Part shown: positions 47,910-60,517 of the stretch, in pieces
Layout of the letters: every line of letters starts with the position of its first letter
How positions within the stretch are numbered: position 1 is the first letter of the stretch
Source of the DNA: Balamuthia mandrillaris
Taxonomy: Eukaryota
Direction of reading: 5' to 3'
Length of the DNA: 61,118 nucleotides
NCBI GenBank assembly: GCA_031835245.2
Contig: JAVKOQ020000052.1
Location: forward strand, 186,001-247,118
Made by a program: the position numbers and the translations under genes
The notes under the pieces: model-generated
The model's database searches: none
What the model saw: only the letters and a program-made list of their open reading frames with translations
What the model was told of the DNA's origin: nothing

Positions 47910-48348
47910 TTAAAGCGTTTCATTCTATAAAGTGTGGCAAATGTGGGCGAGTTTTGAGGGACGGCAATTGGGAGGATCATGCTGGGAGTGTGTATTGCAC
48001 GCCTTGTCATGAGAAGCACTTCGTAGACGCTGAGACACAACAGATCATTCACGATATGGAAACACACCATGCCAGAGTTGTCCATGGTATTGTTTTTCTT
48101 CTTTCTGCATCCTTCCTTCCTGCTCACTCACTTCCGCCACTCTCTCTCTCTCTCTCATTACAGGAGGTGCCAAAGCGATGCCCGGCATGGCCACCAACAG
48201 ACCTCCACCACCAGCTCTCGGCCCTAAGTCAACCGTTCACGCCTCCTCTGTTGCGCCTCCACCCGCAGGCGGTCCACGAAGAGGACTTTCAGCAGCGTTG
48301 CAAGGAGACATCGTTCGAAGTGCTCGCGGACGTGGTCGCGGCTTTTAA
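47605..48348 (+). CDS. Single-LIM-domain protein with Pro-rich tail (4 exons)
   Basis: CAKCGKAVY..G/KTWHKSCLK/CGKC..YCTPCH; tail RPPPPALG..LSAALQGDIVRSARGRGRGF*. Confidence 0.88.
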
Positions 48349-48402
48349 AAATGCTGATATAACCAAAATACTTTTCTGTTGTTATTTGTGTATAAAGTTT
48401 GT

Positions 48403-50430
48403 TTACAGGAACAGCCCTTCCAGTTTCTTTTGCAGCTTCTCGTATTCCTCTCTCTCCAAGCGGGCATTCTCATTCTCAGCTAACCATCGTTTCACCTTCT
48501 CCAATTGCCTTGCCTCTGGTTTGCCATTCAGTTGTCGCTGAAGAAGATAGATGGTGTGTTCAAGTTTGTTGCGCGCTGTGATGGATTCTCTCAACTTTTG
48601 GTCCTCCTCCATTGCCTCCTCTGCTTCTTGCAATCGTTTGTCGATCTCCTCTGGCTGCCCTTCAAAGTTGAGGGAGTAGAAGCTCTTTGGTTTCTCACCC
48701 TTATCTTCCTCGTTCATGATGTTCTCAAGTAGCACCACAGGGTCGTTCTTGGTCTCGCTCGCTGTTACTAACCCGTACTTATTTGCATCATCATCTTGCA
48801 ACAACACGGCGGAAACGTGAAGAAAGGAGTTGAAGTCAAACTCCATGGTGACTTGAATCTTTGGCACTCCGCGAGGAGCCGGTGGTATCCCTTTCACCTG
48901 CACTGTTCCCACAAAATGGTTGTCCTTGGCCAGGGCTCGCTCCCCCTCAAACACCCGAATGAGCACGCTTTCCTGATTGTCCCTTGCAGTGGAGAAGATC
49001 CGTGTCCGCTTGACAGGATGGAAACTGTGCCTCTCCACCATCGGTGTCATCAATCCACCCATTGTCTCGATGCCAACGGTCAAACTGCTCAAGCCCATTA
49101 TGACGAGGCAGGGCGGAGATGGCCGTTGATTAATGCTTGCTTGGAGGATTGCTCCGTAAACAATAGCATCTTCTGGAGGAATGCTATCGTTTTTCTTGTT
49201 TTGGTGGGTGGGCTCTTTGTAAGTCAGTTCCTTGAGAAGTTGTTGAACCTTCGGAATGTGGCTCGATCCGCCAACCAGGATCACATGGTCGATGCTCCTT
49301 CCTTGTTCTGCTTGTTGGAATGCCGCGTCTTCCAAGACTTGCTCCACCACGCTCACGATCTTCTCAAACAAGTCCGCGTTCAGCTCTTCGAAAGCATGGC
49401 GGGTCAACGTCTCCTCCAAAGAATGACCTTGGAAGAAGTGGTACAATTGGAGGGAGGTCTGTCCTTCCCTGCTCAGCTCCTTCTTGCCTCCTTCCACCGC
49501 TTCTTTCAGCCATTGCATAGCGCCCCTGTCTCCACTGCAATCCACGCCCGTTTTGCTCTGAAACTCCTTCAGCACGTGCTTCAAGAGCCGCTCGTCAAAA
49601 GCGTCTCCCCCCAACCCCACTTCCCTCCTTGAAGCCAACACTTCAAACACCCCTCCATCCATCTCCAGAAGAGAAACGTCCAAGGAGCTCCCTCCCAAGT
49701 CCACCACAAGAATGGTTTTTAACTCCGAAAGAAAGTCATGGGAAACAGCTGCCATCATCGGTGCACTCACCAGCCGTTCCACTCGCAGACCAGCAATGGT
49801 GGCGGCGTCCTTGAGGGCGAAGCGTTGGGCATCGTCCCAGTGGTATGGAACGGCGATGACCGCGTAATAGTCCACCTTTTCCTCTTCGTCCCTACGCTCT
49901 GCCCGTTGTTCTTCTTGTTGAAGATACACTGCTGCCATGTCTTTCAACTTGGAGAGTAGGATGGCTGTGACTTCTTCCATGGAGAGAACCAACTCCAGTC
50001 CGATTCCATCCTTTCTTCCTCCTTCCGCTTCTCTCTCTTCGAGGAAGCTGGCCTGAAGGTTGATGGAGACGTGGGGCTTATTGCGCTTGTTGACCAACTT
50101 GAAGGGAAAGCTCTCGGTGTCCACCTCGTCAAAGCGTTTGCCAAGAAGCGTTGTGAAGCCAAAGAGGGTGGTATTGGGGTGGAGCAAGGCTTGACTTTTG
50201 GCTACCTCTCCTACCAGGGCCTGTCCTTGGTTGGTGAAGGCTACCACGGAAGGGACGTGACGCTGGCCCTTCTCGTCGGGGATGAGTTGGATCCCTTCCT
50301 CCCGCCAGAGGCCCACCCTGGAGTTGGTCACCCCCACGTCGATGCCCAGATGGACCTCCCTTGCATGGGCCATGGAGAGGACCAGGCACAAAAAGAGCAG
50401 AGCGCTCACAGAACCGTGGCGCATGTTCAT
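48403..50430 (-). CDS. Divergent BiP/Hsp70-family protein with signal peptide, intronless
   Basis: GIDVGVTNS, VPSVVAFT, LKDAATIAGL, LGGDAFDERL, ILVGGSSHIPKVQ, DNQESVLIRVFEGER, PPAPRGVPKI. Confidence 0.92.
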   Translation of the reverse strand: MNMRHGSVSALLFLCLVLSMAHAREVHLGIDVGVTNSRVGLWREEGIQLIPDEKGQRHVPSVVAFTNQGQALVGEVAKSQALLHPNTTLFGFTTLLGKRFDEVDTESFPFKLVNKRNKPHVSINLQASFLEEREAEGGRKDGIGLELVLSMEEVTAILLSKLKDMAAVYLQQEEQRAERRDEEEKVDYYAVIAVPYHWDDAQRFALKDAATIAGLRVERLVSAPMMAAVSHDFLSELKTILVVDLGGSSLDVSLLEMDGGVFEVLASRREVGLGGDAFDERLLKHVLKEFQSKTGVDCSGDRGAMQWLKEAVEGGKKELSREGQTSLQLYHFFQGHSLEETLTRHAFEELNADLFEKIVSVVEQVLEDAAFQQAEQGRSIDHVILVGGSSHIPKVQQLLKELTYKEPTHQNKKNDSIPPEDAIVYGAILQASINQRPSPPCLVIMGLSSLTVGIETMGGLMTPMVERHSFHPVKRTRIFSTARDNQESVLIRVFEGERALAKDNHFVGTVQVKGIPPAPRGVPKIQVTMEFDFNSFLHVSAVLLQDDDANKYGLVTASETKNDPVVLLENIMNEEDKGEKPKSFYSLNFEGQPEEIDKRLQEAEEAMEEDQKLRESITARNKLEHTIYLLQRQLNGKPEARQLEKVKRWLAENENARLEREEYEKLQKKLEGLFL

Positions 50431-50543
50431 TCTCGTGGTGTGCGTCCGTGCTTTCGTTTATTGAAGACGAAAACAAACTTGAGCAAAGGCTGCTGCCTTG
50501 TGCGTTGGATCTAGGAGGCCGTCAGAAGCTTGCCGGCAGTGAG

Positions 50544-50633
50544 CGTGTACACGTTGCTTCTCCCCATTGGACCACGCCTCTTGTTATTCGTGTACACGTT
50601 GCTTCTCCCCATTGGACCACGCCTCTTATTATA
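50544..50633. promoter_or_regulatory. 45-bp tandem duplication, each unit carrying an ERSE-II motif ATTGG-N-CCACG
   Basis: ATTGGACCACG at 50566-50576 and 50611-50621, 136 and 181 bp upstream of the Hsp70 ATG. Confidence 0.65.
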
Positions 50634-50944
50634 ACCCAACTTCTGTTATGTTTGATTCCTTATAGGTGCGATCAGCGTATCTATATAAGCGATCCCAAAA
50701 AGAAAGAGAGGAGAGGAGATGACCAGACTGCGTTCTTAGCGGTCAGCTTGTCCTGTGGCAATGTTGCCCATTCGTTGAGCCACTTGCATGCCATTCCGCT
50801 CGATACTCGTCCGAGAAAAAAGTGTGTGGCTTCCCTTTATACACAATATGTTGTTTTTGTGTCTGTTTTATTCGCAGCTGCCCCACCTCAAGCACATCTC
50901 CTCGGCGGTGCTACTGTACAGGACGCATCCCTCGCAGGCGCTCA

Positions 50945-51409
50945 TCATGTCACAACAAAACAAACAGAGTTGTCAGAGTTCAAGTTGTTGTGCAGCATGT
51001 AGGTCTCGCTGCTCTCCCATTCTCCAGGGGGCTGCACCGAGATGGTTCGCCAGCCAGAGCCTTGGTCCGTGGTCCAGTATTTCACCCCGCAGGATGTCGT
51101 CAGGTTGATGCCCAGCAGCAGGGGAGTAGGATTGGTCTCCTCTGGCAGTTCCAGAGGGACTTCTTGCTTCAGTTTCTGAGCCGGTTTGTCCACCTCCGGA
51201 AAAAGGCGGAAGAAGCCATGCTTGTTTTGGACAAAGGCGCCTTCTTTGGTGTACAGCATCTTCAAGCTGGACTGTGCATCAACCTGTTTTTTTTTACATG
51301 GAGTGAGTTGATGATGGCGGCATGAAGGTGATTGGAAGAGACTGCACAAGCAAGACGCTGCCAGAAGAAGGGTCAACGCCCATCCGCCATGGCTCAAACG
51401 TGTAAACAT
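50945..51409 (-). CDS. Possible secreted protein or gene fragment, unknown function
   Basis: 154-aa non-repetitive ORF with hydrophobic N-terminus (WALTLLLAASCLCSL); Cys-rich continuation in a different frame suggests decay. Confidence 0.35.
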   Translation of the reverse strand: MFTRLSHGGWALTLLLAASCLCSLFQSPSCRHHQLTPCKKKQVDAQSSLKMLYTKEGAFVQNKHGFFRLFPEVDKPAQKLKQEVPLELPEETNPTPLLLGINLTTSCGVKYWTTDQGSGWRTISVQPPGEWESSETYMLHNNLNSDNSVCFVVT

Positions 51410-51660
51410 CAGCTGAGTTGGTGTTGAACCCTGTCATTTTTCTTTCTTCCGGAGGAAGCACACGTGGAAGCAAAAGTGGAAAGCGTGGTGCGCCTTCTTC
51501 TTCTAGGATATCCTCCTCTCTTCTTGTTCTCCCCGTTGAAGAGGGTAACACTTCTGCGAATAGCTCTCATTTCGTGTCGACAAAGTCTACAAAAATTGAA
51601 TCGGGCGACCAATCAGAAATCAAAAATGAGTGCGATCGATCACATTCTTCCTAAAATAAG

Positions 51661-52141
51661 CAAGTCCATCCCTTCGTTGAGTTTTGGGGGGAGAGTGAAT
51701 TACTAGTCGCAGCCAACTACCTGCCGGACGCCGAGCCTTTCTGCTCACATAATCTTTTTGCAACCCATGGGTAACGTGGTGGTGGCGTTGTCTCTGACCG
51801 TGTTGGCAGGTTTGTATCACTGCACTCCGGCCCAGGATGGAGTGGACTGATGTTGATGTACATTTTCCTCGCTTGTGTTTTTAAGTTCCGAGCGTGGTAC
51901 GGGAGGGAGCGTTCGAGATAGGGGTTGAGGTAATAAACTCACACCCCACCAATGAGTACTCAGAGTCATGCCCTTGTACGGAGGTACGGCATTTTTATTT
52001 CTGCATACTCATCGTTCTTTTTATACCACTGAGCTTCTTTCATTCTTGTCGTTTCTTTCTTTCTTGTCGTTTCTTTCTTTCTTTCTTTCTTTCTTGTCGT
52101 TTCTTGTTGTTTCTTGTCGTTTCTTGTCGTTTCTTGTCGTT

Positions 52142-52213
<72 letters not shown>

Positions 52214-52717
52214 TGTTGTTTTCTATTTATCCATCCCACAGGGTACCTTCGACTGTGCTCTAGCCGTAGAGAGGGAGATCCTTTTTCTCAAGCTACCTTG
52301 GAACCTAAACGCTTGAAGGGCTGGAGGGTCCCGATTATGTCAATTGCAAGCCAAACGTGAACGGCGAGTCCAGCATTAACTTTGGCAACGAAGAGGAACC
52401 TGCCCCTTATAACATTCCGAATTCTGTCTGCCCCTCCGGTAATTGCAACGGTGTGACCGGCTGCTTGCTTAACTACACCTTGCAGCCAGCGAACGGCAGC
52501 GTGCTACAGATGACGCTCAACCTGAAGTATGACAAAGGTGAGGAAGTGCCCGACGGTAGACCCGCGGAAAGAGGAACGGAGCCCTTTGAGTTACTCTACG
52601 AGATCGTGCCGTTGAAGCTGGGCGATTATCCAAGATGTGATATCAAAAACGAGGGAAACGAGGCATCTGGCAGCATTCTTATCCCTGGTACGCAGCATTG
52701 ATTCCACTGACTGTTTG

Positions 52718-52749
<32 letters not shown>

Positions 52750-52987
52750 AAGAAAGCATTAACAAACAACAACAACAGTTGCCTGTGGACTAGACGAAAT
52801 GGAGCTCTATAAAAAGGGAGGCAGCTTTCAGCAGTGTGAAGCTTGCGTTGTGGCTGTAGATGAGTCCGCCGGTGAAGAGGGGTGCGTGTGTCCCGATGGG
52901 TACGAGGAATACGACAATCTTGGACAGTGCATTCAAAGCGACTCTGACGGTGGTAGTGCCGCTGTGCGAGGGCCACTTTGGGTGTAA
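51661..52987 (+). pseudogene. Probable decayed extracellular Cys-rich protein gene with C-terminal EGF-like module
   Basis: Exon-like blocks with GT-AG introns; frame break ~52310; CEAC..CVCPDGYEEYDNLGQC..DGGSAAVRGPLWV*; no clear start. Confidence 0.45.
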
Positions 52988-53355
52988 CCAACAAATGAAA
53001 AGCTATTACGAAGAAAGAGAAAGTTATCCAAAAGAAATATTGAACGGTTGACTTTGTTCTTCTTCTTCGATTGGGCTGGACAATTCTTCACGCGCTATTC
53101 TTACTGTTAACGTTTAACTTCTTTTGTTCAGCTTTTACGTAGCGTCTTCCACTGTTATTCGAATATTCATTTCTTCGTTTTCCAAATAATCGGCAACTTC
53201 CATTAAATATATCCTGTTATAGTAATTTTGTAGACAAATTTTGGTAATAATTACCAAATTCGTTATAAAATTTGAAATAATTTGTGATAACCGATCGAAT
53301 TTTTGTTTTAACTTCACCAAACGTTGAAACGGCGTTGAGCAAAGACAGAGGAGCG

Positions 53356-55643
53356 ATGCAGCAAGCCACGGTCAAGCCGCCCACCGCAGAGCAGCTGTTG
53401 GAAGTGGCCGCTGAGCTGGGCTTTTCCATCGGCGAGGACCAACTGGCTTCCTACCTGGGCCTGGTGGAGGCCACCCTGCAACCCTACAAACAGCTTTCCA
53501 AAATAGCTGGTTGCTTCTTTTTTTCTTTTCTTTTTTTCTCTCTCTCTTCACTCTCTTCTCTCTCTTTCTGTCTTCTCTTTCTCTCTCTCTTTGTTGCCTT
53601 TTTTTTGGATTTATTTTTTTTGGCTATATATTGAACAATATAGATTATCACCCAACGAAAGTGAAGTACGCAAGGACGCCAGGCTACCAACCGCAAGGCG
53701 AGGAGAACCGGTGGAACGCATGGTTCTTCAAGACGGAGGTGGCCGGCGCCGCTGAAGGAAAACTAAAAGGAAAGACCATAGCTCTTAAAGTAAGTCTTGT
53801 CGTTTCTGGTCGTTTCTTTCTGCTTTCTTTCTTGTCGTTTCTTTCTTACCGTTTCTTTCTTTCTTGTCATTTCTTTCTTGCTTTCTTTCTCACTCCCTTG
53901 GCCACCAACTAAAAAACTAGGACAACATCTGCTTAGCTGGAGTTCCCATGCAGAACGGGTCGTTCCTTCTTGAAGGCTACGTGCCTGACGTGGATGCCAC
54001 CGTCGTCACTCGCGTGCTCGACGCCGGTGCTACCATCCTCGGCAAAGCCCACTGCGAGGATCTTTGCCTAAGCGGGGGCAGTCACACCAATTGCTTCGCT
54101 CCTGTTACCAACCCGTTTCCTCTGCAACAAAAAGCAAAGGACAAAGAAAAGGAAGGAGAAGCTGAAGAAGCACAACTTTACTCTGCGGGAGGCTCTTCAT
54201 CTGGATGTGCGGCCTTGGTGGCGGCGGGAGAGGTGGACATGGCCATTGGTGGAGACCAAGGAGGGAGCATCAGGATACCTTCCTCCTTTTGTGGTACATG
54301 TGGCATGAAACCGACACATGGCTTGGTCCCCTACACAGGCATAGTACCCATCGAAGCCACTATAGATCATTGTGGACCTATTACTGCGAACGGTAAGAAT
54401 TCGTTGTTTTATTCTTTCTTCGTTTCTTGGTTTTTTCTTTCGTCTGCGTTATGTCTTTGTTCTTCTGTGGTGAACTTTAGTTTAAACCTAAACGATTAGT
54501 GAGAGACAATGCGCTATTGTTGGAAGTACTTGCTGGAGTGGATGGTTTAGACGCTCGTCAGAATCTCGTTCCACCTACCTCCATCTCTTACACCGAGGTA
54601 GTTTCTGCTCCTCTTTTGTTCTGTCTTTGGCACTGAAAAAACCTACAACAAAACATGAACCAGGCGTTAGGACAAGACATAAAAGGTCTCAAAATAGGGT
54701 TCCTCAAAGAAGGTTTCGAGCTTCAAGGGATTGACCCTAAAGTGTCGCAGCTCGTTAAAGAAACAGCAGAGCAAGTGTTTCGCAAGCTGGGGGCTGAAGT
54801 CCTCCTAGTCTCGCTCCCGATGCACCCAATGGGCCTTGCCATTTGGTCGCCCATCGCTCTGGAGGGTGCTGTCGACCAGATGTATCCCAGTTTATATGGC
54901 ACGGGGAGAAGAGGCTTTCATGTGACTGGACTGGCCCATGCCATGCATGCAGGGCATGCGTTGAGATCTAACGCGCTTGCTGATACTGCCAAAGTAAGAT
55001 AAACGTCCTCTTGATCTTGTTCACATGCTGATTTTTGTTCTTGTTCCTGTTCTACTTATCTTCTTTCTCTTTCCCTCCTCCTGCACATTCATCATCACTC
55101 TAACGTTTCGTGACTACAAGATATTATTGATGGCAGGAACGTACGCAAAGAAGCATTACCACAACCACTATTACTTCAAAGCTCAAAACTTGTCTCTCAA
55201 ACTTAGACAAGAATATGATGCGCTGCTTCAACAGGTAGACCTTCTTCTGATGCCAACTCTGCCAACAGTGGCGACGCCTCTGCCTAAACCAGATGCCTCA
55301 CGCGAAGAATACATTGCCCTTTCATTTCAGCACATCGGAAATACTGCTTCTTTCGATGTGACTGGTCACCCTGCTATGTCTATTCCTTGGTTAGTTCTCT
55401 CCTCCCAGCTTTGTTATGCTTTCTCCCCGCATGTCCATGGTTCTCTTTTCTGTTGTCCTCTCCTCTTACTCTTCTCTGTGTTCCTGTGCCCTTTTTTTTG
55501 CGTGCTATAGCGGTACGTTGAACGGGCTTCCCGTCGGAATGATGCTCGTAGGGAAACACTTTGACGAAAGCACCATCTACAAAGGCGCTTATGCCTTTGA
55601 ACAAGCCATCGACTGGACCTCCCACCAACTAACTGAAAAATGA
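53356..55643 (+). CDS. Amidase signature family enzyme (multi-exon)
   Basis: IALK/DN (catalytic Lys), [50 protein letters not shown]. Confidence 0.94.
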
Positions 55644-55917
55644 AAGAAGATCGTTGTTTTTCAATCCCGTCTTCTGTTCATGTTAATTGTGGGTCCTTCT
55701 TGTTCTTCTGGCTCATCTTCCTCTCTGTCTCCTCTGTCGCCTCTTTGTCTCGGTCTCGCCGTTCTCTTCCTCCTCTGTCTTCTGCCCCTTCAGAAGTGTT
55801 CTAAGAAACCATTATAATGATTAAAGTTGAAAGAAAAAAAGAAAACAAAGAACAGCCATCAACTCCGAAACGCAGTCTCTTGGTAGGGAACTCCAACCAA
55901 CAACTCCATGCTTTGGA

Positions 55918-57173
55918 ATGAATGCTAAGAGACGGAGAAACCGCACAAGGAACAGGGAGGTGACGATAACGCTGCCGAGAGAGTTGCTCCTTTTGGTCTT
56001 TGAGCATTTGGATGCGAAAAGCATTGTCGCCTCGTCTCTTGTTTGCGTCGAGGTACGTGACAAGAAACCCTCCCTTGTTGTTGTTGTTCTTCTTTGTTAA
56101 CTTCAAAGCTCGAAAGTGGAACATCGTTTCAGGAGAACCGCTCTTGTGGTATGTATGCACCATCTTATTTATGTTCCCCTTGTGTAACCTTCAAGCAAAC
56201 GAACAGGAAACAAAAGTGTGAACAAGGCGTGACGAAGAAGGAGTGGCGCGCGTTCGAACAGTTGAAAGAGCAACAGGGTTTCTCCTGGAAAGAAGCCTTC
56301 AAGCAAACCGGTAATATATAGTTTCGTTTTCTTTTCTTTTTCGTCTCTTTTGACGAAGACGAGCAACAACAGTTCTCTTTCCGGACTCCACCATCTTGGA
56401 CATAAGCGATAAGTTTAGGCTGGGCAAATGGTTGGGGCCTTCCGCCCCCCTTTGGCGGCTTCGCTACAAGGCCACCCAACATGGCTTCCACCCTAAACAC
56501 TTTCATGAGCTGTGCGACAATGTTGGCCCCACCGTTTGTATCGGCGTCACTTATGCTCCGTAAGTAACTGCTGCCATCTCTGTCTCTCTGTCTCTCTCTC
56601 TCTGTCTCTCTCTCTCTGTCTCTCTCTCTCTCTCTCTTGTGTTTTCTTGCTAGTTGCCAACTCCATTCACAAAGACCGGCCATGCCAGGTCCCAAACGTT
56701 ACTTTTATGGTGGCTACAATCCCAACTCTTGGAGCCCAAACCCTAAGAAGAAGAAGCAGGCGGCGAACGCAAGAGAGGCCTTCATTTTCTCCCTCTGTAA
56801 TCCGCATGACCTTTGTCCGGTGCGTATGTTTCCCACAAAGGGAAGCCAAGCCTGCCATTACTCCAAGTTGGCTGGTCCTCTCTTCGGGAATGGAGACGAC
56901 TTTGGCATGATGTGTGCTGCTCGTGCGTATTCCCCTTTTGCTTTCTTCTTTCTTTGCGTTATAACTGTTTTTTTTGTTTTAACAACAGGTGGAGAGAAGA
57001 ACAAAGCGTGGTGCAGAGTGGGCTCGGAAAGAATGGGTTCGGAAGGAAAGTCCTACAGAGTTCCAAAACGATACGGAGGAATTCCACAACTCTTTTTTAC
57101 AGGAAGCGAGGAGTTCAGAATGGACGACCTGGAGGTTTATAGTCTTGCCAAAATGCCAGAGCAACTGTCATGA
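55918..57173 (+). CDS. F-box plus TLDc domain protein (multi-exon)
   Basis: LPRELLLLVFEHLD..VC../WNIVS..LW; TLDc motifs YKATQHGF..FHELCDNVGPTV, YGGYNPNSW, AFIFSL, GPLFGNGDDF, DDLEVY. Confidence 0.85.
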
Positions 57174-57190
57174 GTTTTGTTGTTGTTATT

Positions 57191-60176
57191 TTATGACTTC
57201 TCTTCTAACACAAAAGAGTTTTCCTTCAATCTGTCTCCATCGCTTCCATCTTCCTCATCGACAGCCAACAACAAGCCTCGCTCTTCTTCTGCTTCTTCGT
57301 GATGTTGTTGCTGCAAACTAGGGGAAGCAGAACGAGCTCCAGAACTCTTCTCGTGATCGTTGTTGTGTGCTTTCTTCTTGAGAGCGCTAAGCAAGAAGGT
57401 TGTTTCGATGTTCATCAAAGGTCGCTCCAACAGTAAGAAGAACAAATAGGCCAATGCATAGCTCAACACGAAGTTGCCCAAGAACATGTAGATAGCATCA
57501 AGTGCGCTCAAGTGAAGTGGCCGAGTGGCTCTGTTTTGACGAGAACGTAAGCACAAGCGCCAGAGAGTAAAAGAAAATATAGAACAAAAAAAGTAATGAC
57601 ACGTACGATCCATTGTGAACAACCATCAAGATTGGATGCACGAGGTAAGCACAATAGGTCAACCTGGCCAATGGCGTCCAAAACTCTCTGCTCAGGAGCC
57701 AGTTCATTACTCCTCCCTCTCCGCTGGCGCACAAAAAGGTCAGAATGGCCAAACCGAAGGCCCAAATGGGTCGGTTGATGGTTAGGAAGGTCGCGTTCTG
57801 AACCGTCGTCCAAACGCCGTTGGTACCAGGGGTGGAGCGGTGGTAGACGTCGTACGGCGTGAAGATGACGACGGCCATTATGGTAAATGCAAAAAGCTGA
57901 AGGAGAGAGGCGACAAGAGGATGAGGTCTTGCTTTGTGGAGAATGGAAGTCTCGCTCATGAGGAATGCTGCGTTAAGTAACGGTCAAATATCATTAGCCT
58001 TTGTGTAATAAAGAAGAAGAAAATAGGAAATAGAAGCGTTACCAAGAGCAAGACCAATGACGTAGGGCATAACGCGAATCCAAGGTTTGGCGTAAAGGTC
58101 AAAGTAGGTTTGGTTGGTGCCGAACAAATAGACTGGGCTCTCGTCGTGCGTGGTCAGCATGCCATTCACCAGCAAAGAAATGATGAAGATAGCTGCTAAC
58201 AAGCTCCAAGAAACAAACTGACCGAACCGAAACGCTCTCTATTGAAAAGCAAAGGAGATATAAGCGTGTAAACAAACAAACAAACAAACAAACAAACAAA
58301 CAAACAAACAAACAAACAAACAAACAAACAAACAAACAAACAAACAAACAAACAAACAAACAAACAAACAAACAAACAAACAAACAAACAAACAAACAAA
58401 CAAACAAACAAACAAACAAACAAACAAACAAACAAACAAACAAACAAACAAACAAACAAACAAACAAACAAACAAACAAAAACAAACAAACAAACAAACA
58501 AACAAACAAACAAACAAACAAACAAACAAACAAACAAACAAACAAACAAACAAAAGAATACGTACACCAGAGCGCAGGCGAACGACCCAGCGATAAAATG
58601 GGAACAGCACCAACGGAGACAAGACATAAAACTGCATGTCATTGGCCAAGTACCAAGTCCACCCCATGCAGCTATCTCCAAACTTGGCGGGGTAAAGGTT
58701 CTGAATGTAAAGCAGGTTGGCCCACCAGGTCTCCTCGCAATTCGGGTCTCCTCCCTCGCCACGAACCCATTGCGGGCCTTCTCCCATGAACGGCATCAAC
58801 TTCCAATAGACAAAGAGCAAGAAGAAGTAGACCGGGCTCAACCTCCAAACTCTGTGAAAGTAGAACAGCGCCCAGTTCATGCTCTTGGTGCGGCTGCGGT
58901 TGATCTCCTGTAGGCAGAGAAAGCCCAAGAGGAAGCCGCTTACAAAGAAGAAGGTGTCCACCGAGAAAGGCCCCGCAATGAGTAGTTGCCACCACCATTC
59001 GTGTTGAACGCTGTTGAGGATGTATTGCATGTTGTCAAAGCTGGGAATGGTGAGAGGAAAGGAGATAGTGTGGCCGAGGATGACCCACACCATGGAGAGC
59101 ACGCGAATGCCGTTGAGGCAGGAGAGAGAGGGGTCCGGAGAGGGTTGAAGAAGTTTGCGTGTGTTGTAGAGCGCGGACCATGACATCAATGCTCCTCTCC
59201 AATCTCTTGTAAGTGTTGTTGTTGTTGTTGCTTTCTTTTCCTTCTTCTTTATATCTTCATCTTCTTCTAGGTAGTCGTTGTTATTTATGATGGTGTAACG
59301 GTGGGTCACTTTCACTAGAGTAGAAAAAGAAGCAGATGAGGAAAAGTAGTCCAAGGCGGAACCGACAAGGAGCAAAGCTCCCAGGAGACAGAGCAAAATT
59401 ATCATGACGATTGCACCAGCGCTTAAGCTTTGCTCTTCCACAGGTTGACAAAGGGCAGAGGTGCCTTGCTTCAAGAGAAGCCCGCGAGAGGCTTTCACCA
59501 TCAAGTCGAGCAACACCAACACGTCCTTTTGCGAGCATTCCTCAGGAATACATAAACCCCATTGCAAAGACAATGCTCCGAATCTACTATTGTTGCCGTC
59601 ATCATCATCTTTGTCTTCGTCCTCGAGTTCCACGTTTTGTTGTTGCTGAAGAGAAGAAGATGAGGAAGAAGAGGAAGCAGATAGTGATCTCATGGCAAAG
59701 AGAGGACCCCATGCGAAACTATCAAAGAGAGAAAGCCAATCTTGTTGTCCATGTTGATGATGCTTCGCATTTAACGGAGAAGAAGGAGATGGTGAAGGAG
59801 AAGAAAAGACAAGACTTTGACGAAAACGAAGAGCCGCTTCTTCAGCAAAGGCAAACAGGAGATGCGAAGAAGACGAGGACGAAGAAGCAGACTGCGAAGA
59901 AGACGCGGAGGGAGAAGCAGACGACGATGACGAAGAAAGGGCGGCCAAGAACGAAGAGTTTACGGGAAGAGCAGCAAAGCAGTAGTGAGCATTTGTGGCG
60001 AGCTTGCAAGAGTCCCAATAGCCCCAATCGCCTGGATACTTTCCACTTCCTTGCAATACTTTTGTATTGTTGTTAGTTATTTTTGCTTCGCTTTGTAACG
60101 ACAAGAAAGAAAGAAAGAAAGAAAGACAGAAAGAAAGAAAGAAAGACAGAAAGAAAGAAAGAAAGAAAGAAACGAC

Positions 60177-60244
<68 letters not shown>

Positions 60245-60425
60245 AACGACAAGAAAGAAACGACAAGAAAGAAAGAAAGAAAGAAAGAAACGACAAGAAA
60301 GAAAGAAAGAAAGAAACGACAAGAAAGAAACGACAAGAAAGAAAGAAAGAAAGAAACGACAAGAAAGAAACGACAAGAAAGAAAACGACAAGAAAGAAAC
60401 GACAAGAAAGAAAGAAAGAAACGAC

Positions 60426-60517
<92 letters not shown>

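Noticed and set aside
48796..49632. 278-aa ORF antisense to Hsp70, and antisense ORFs within copia
   Set aside because: Shadow ORFs typical of the opposite strand of coding sequence; no independent signals
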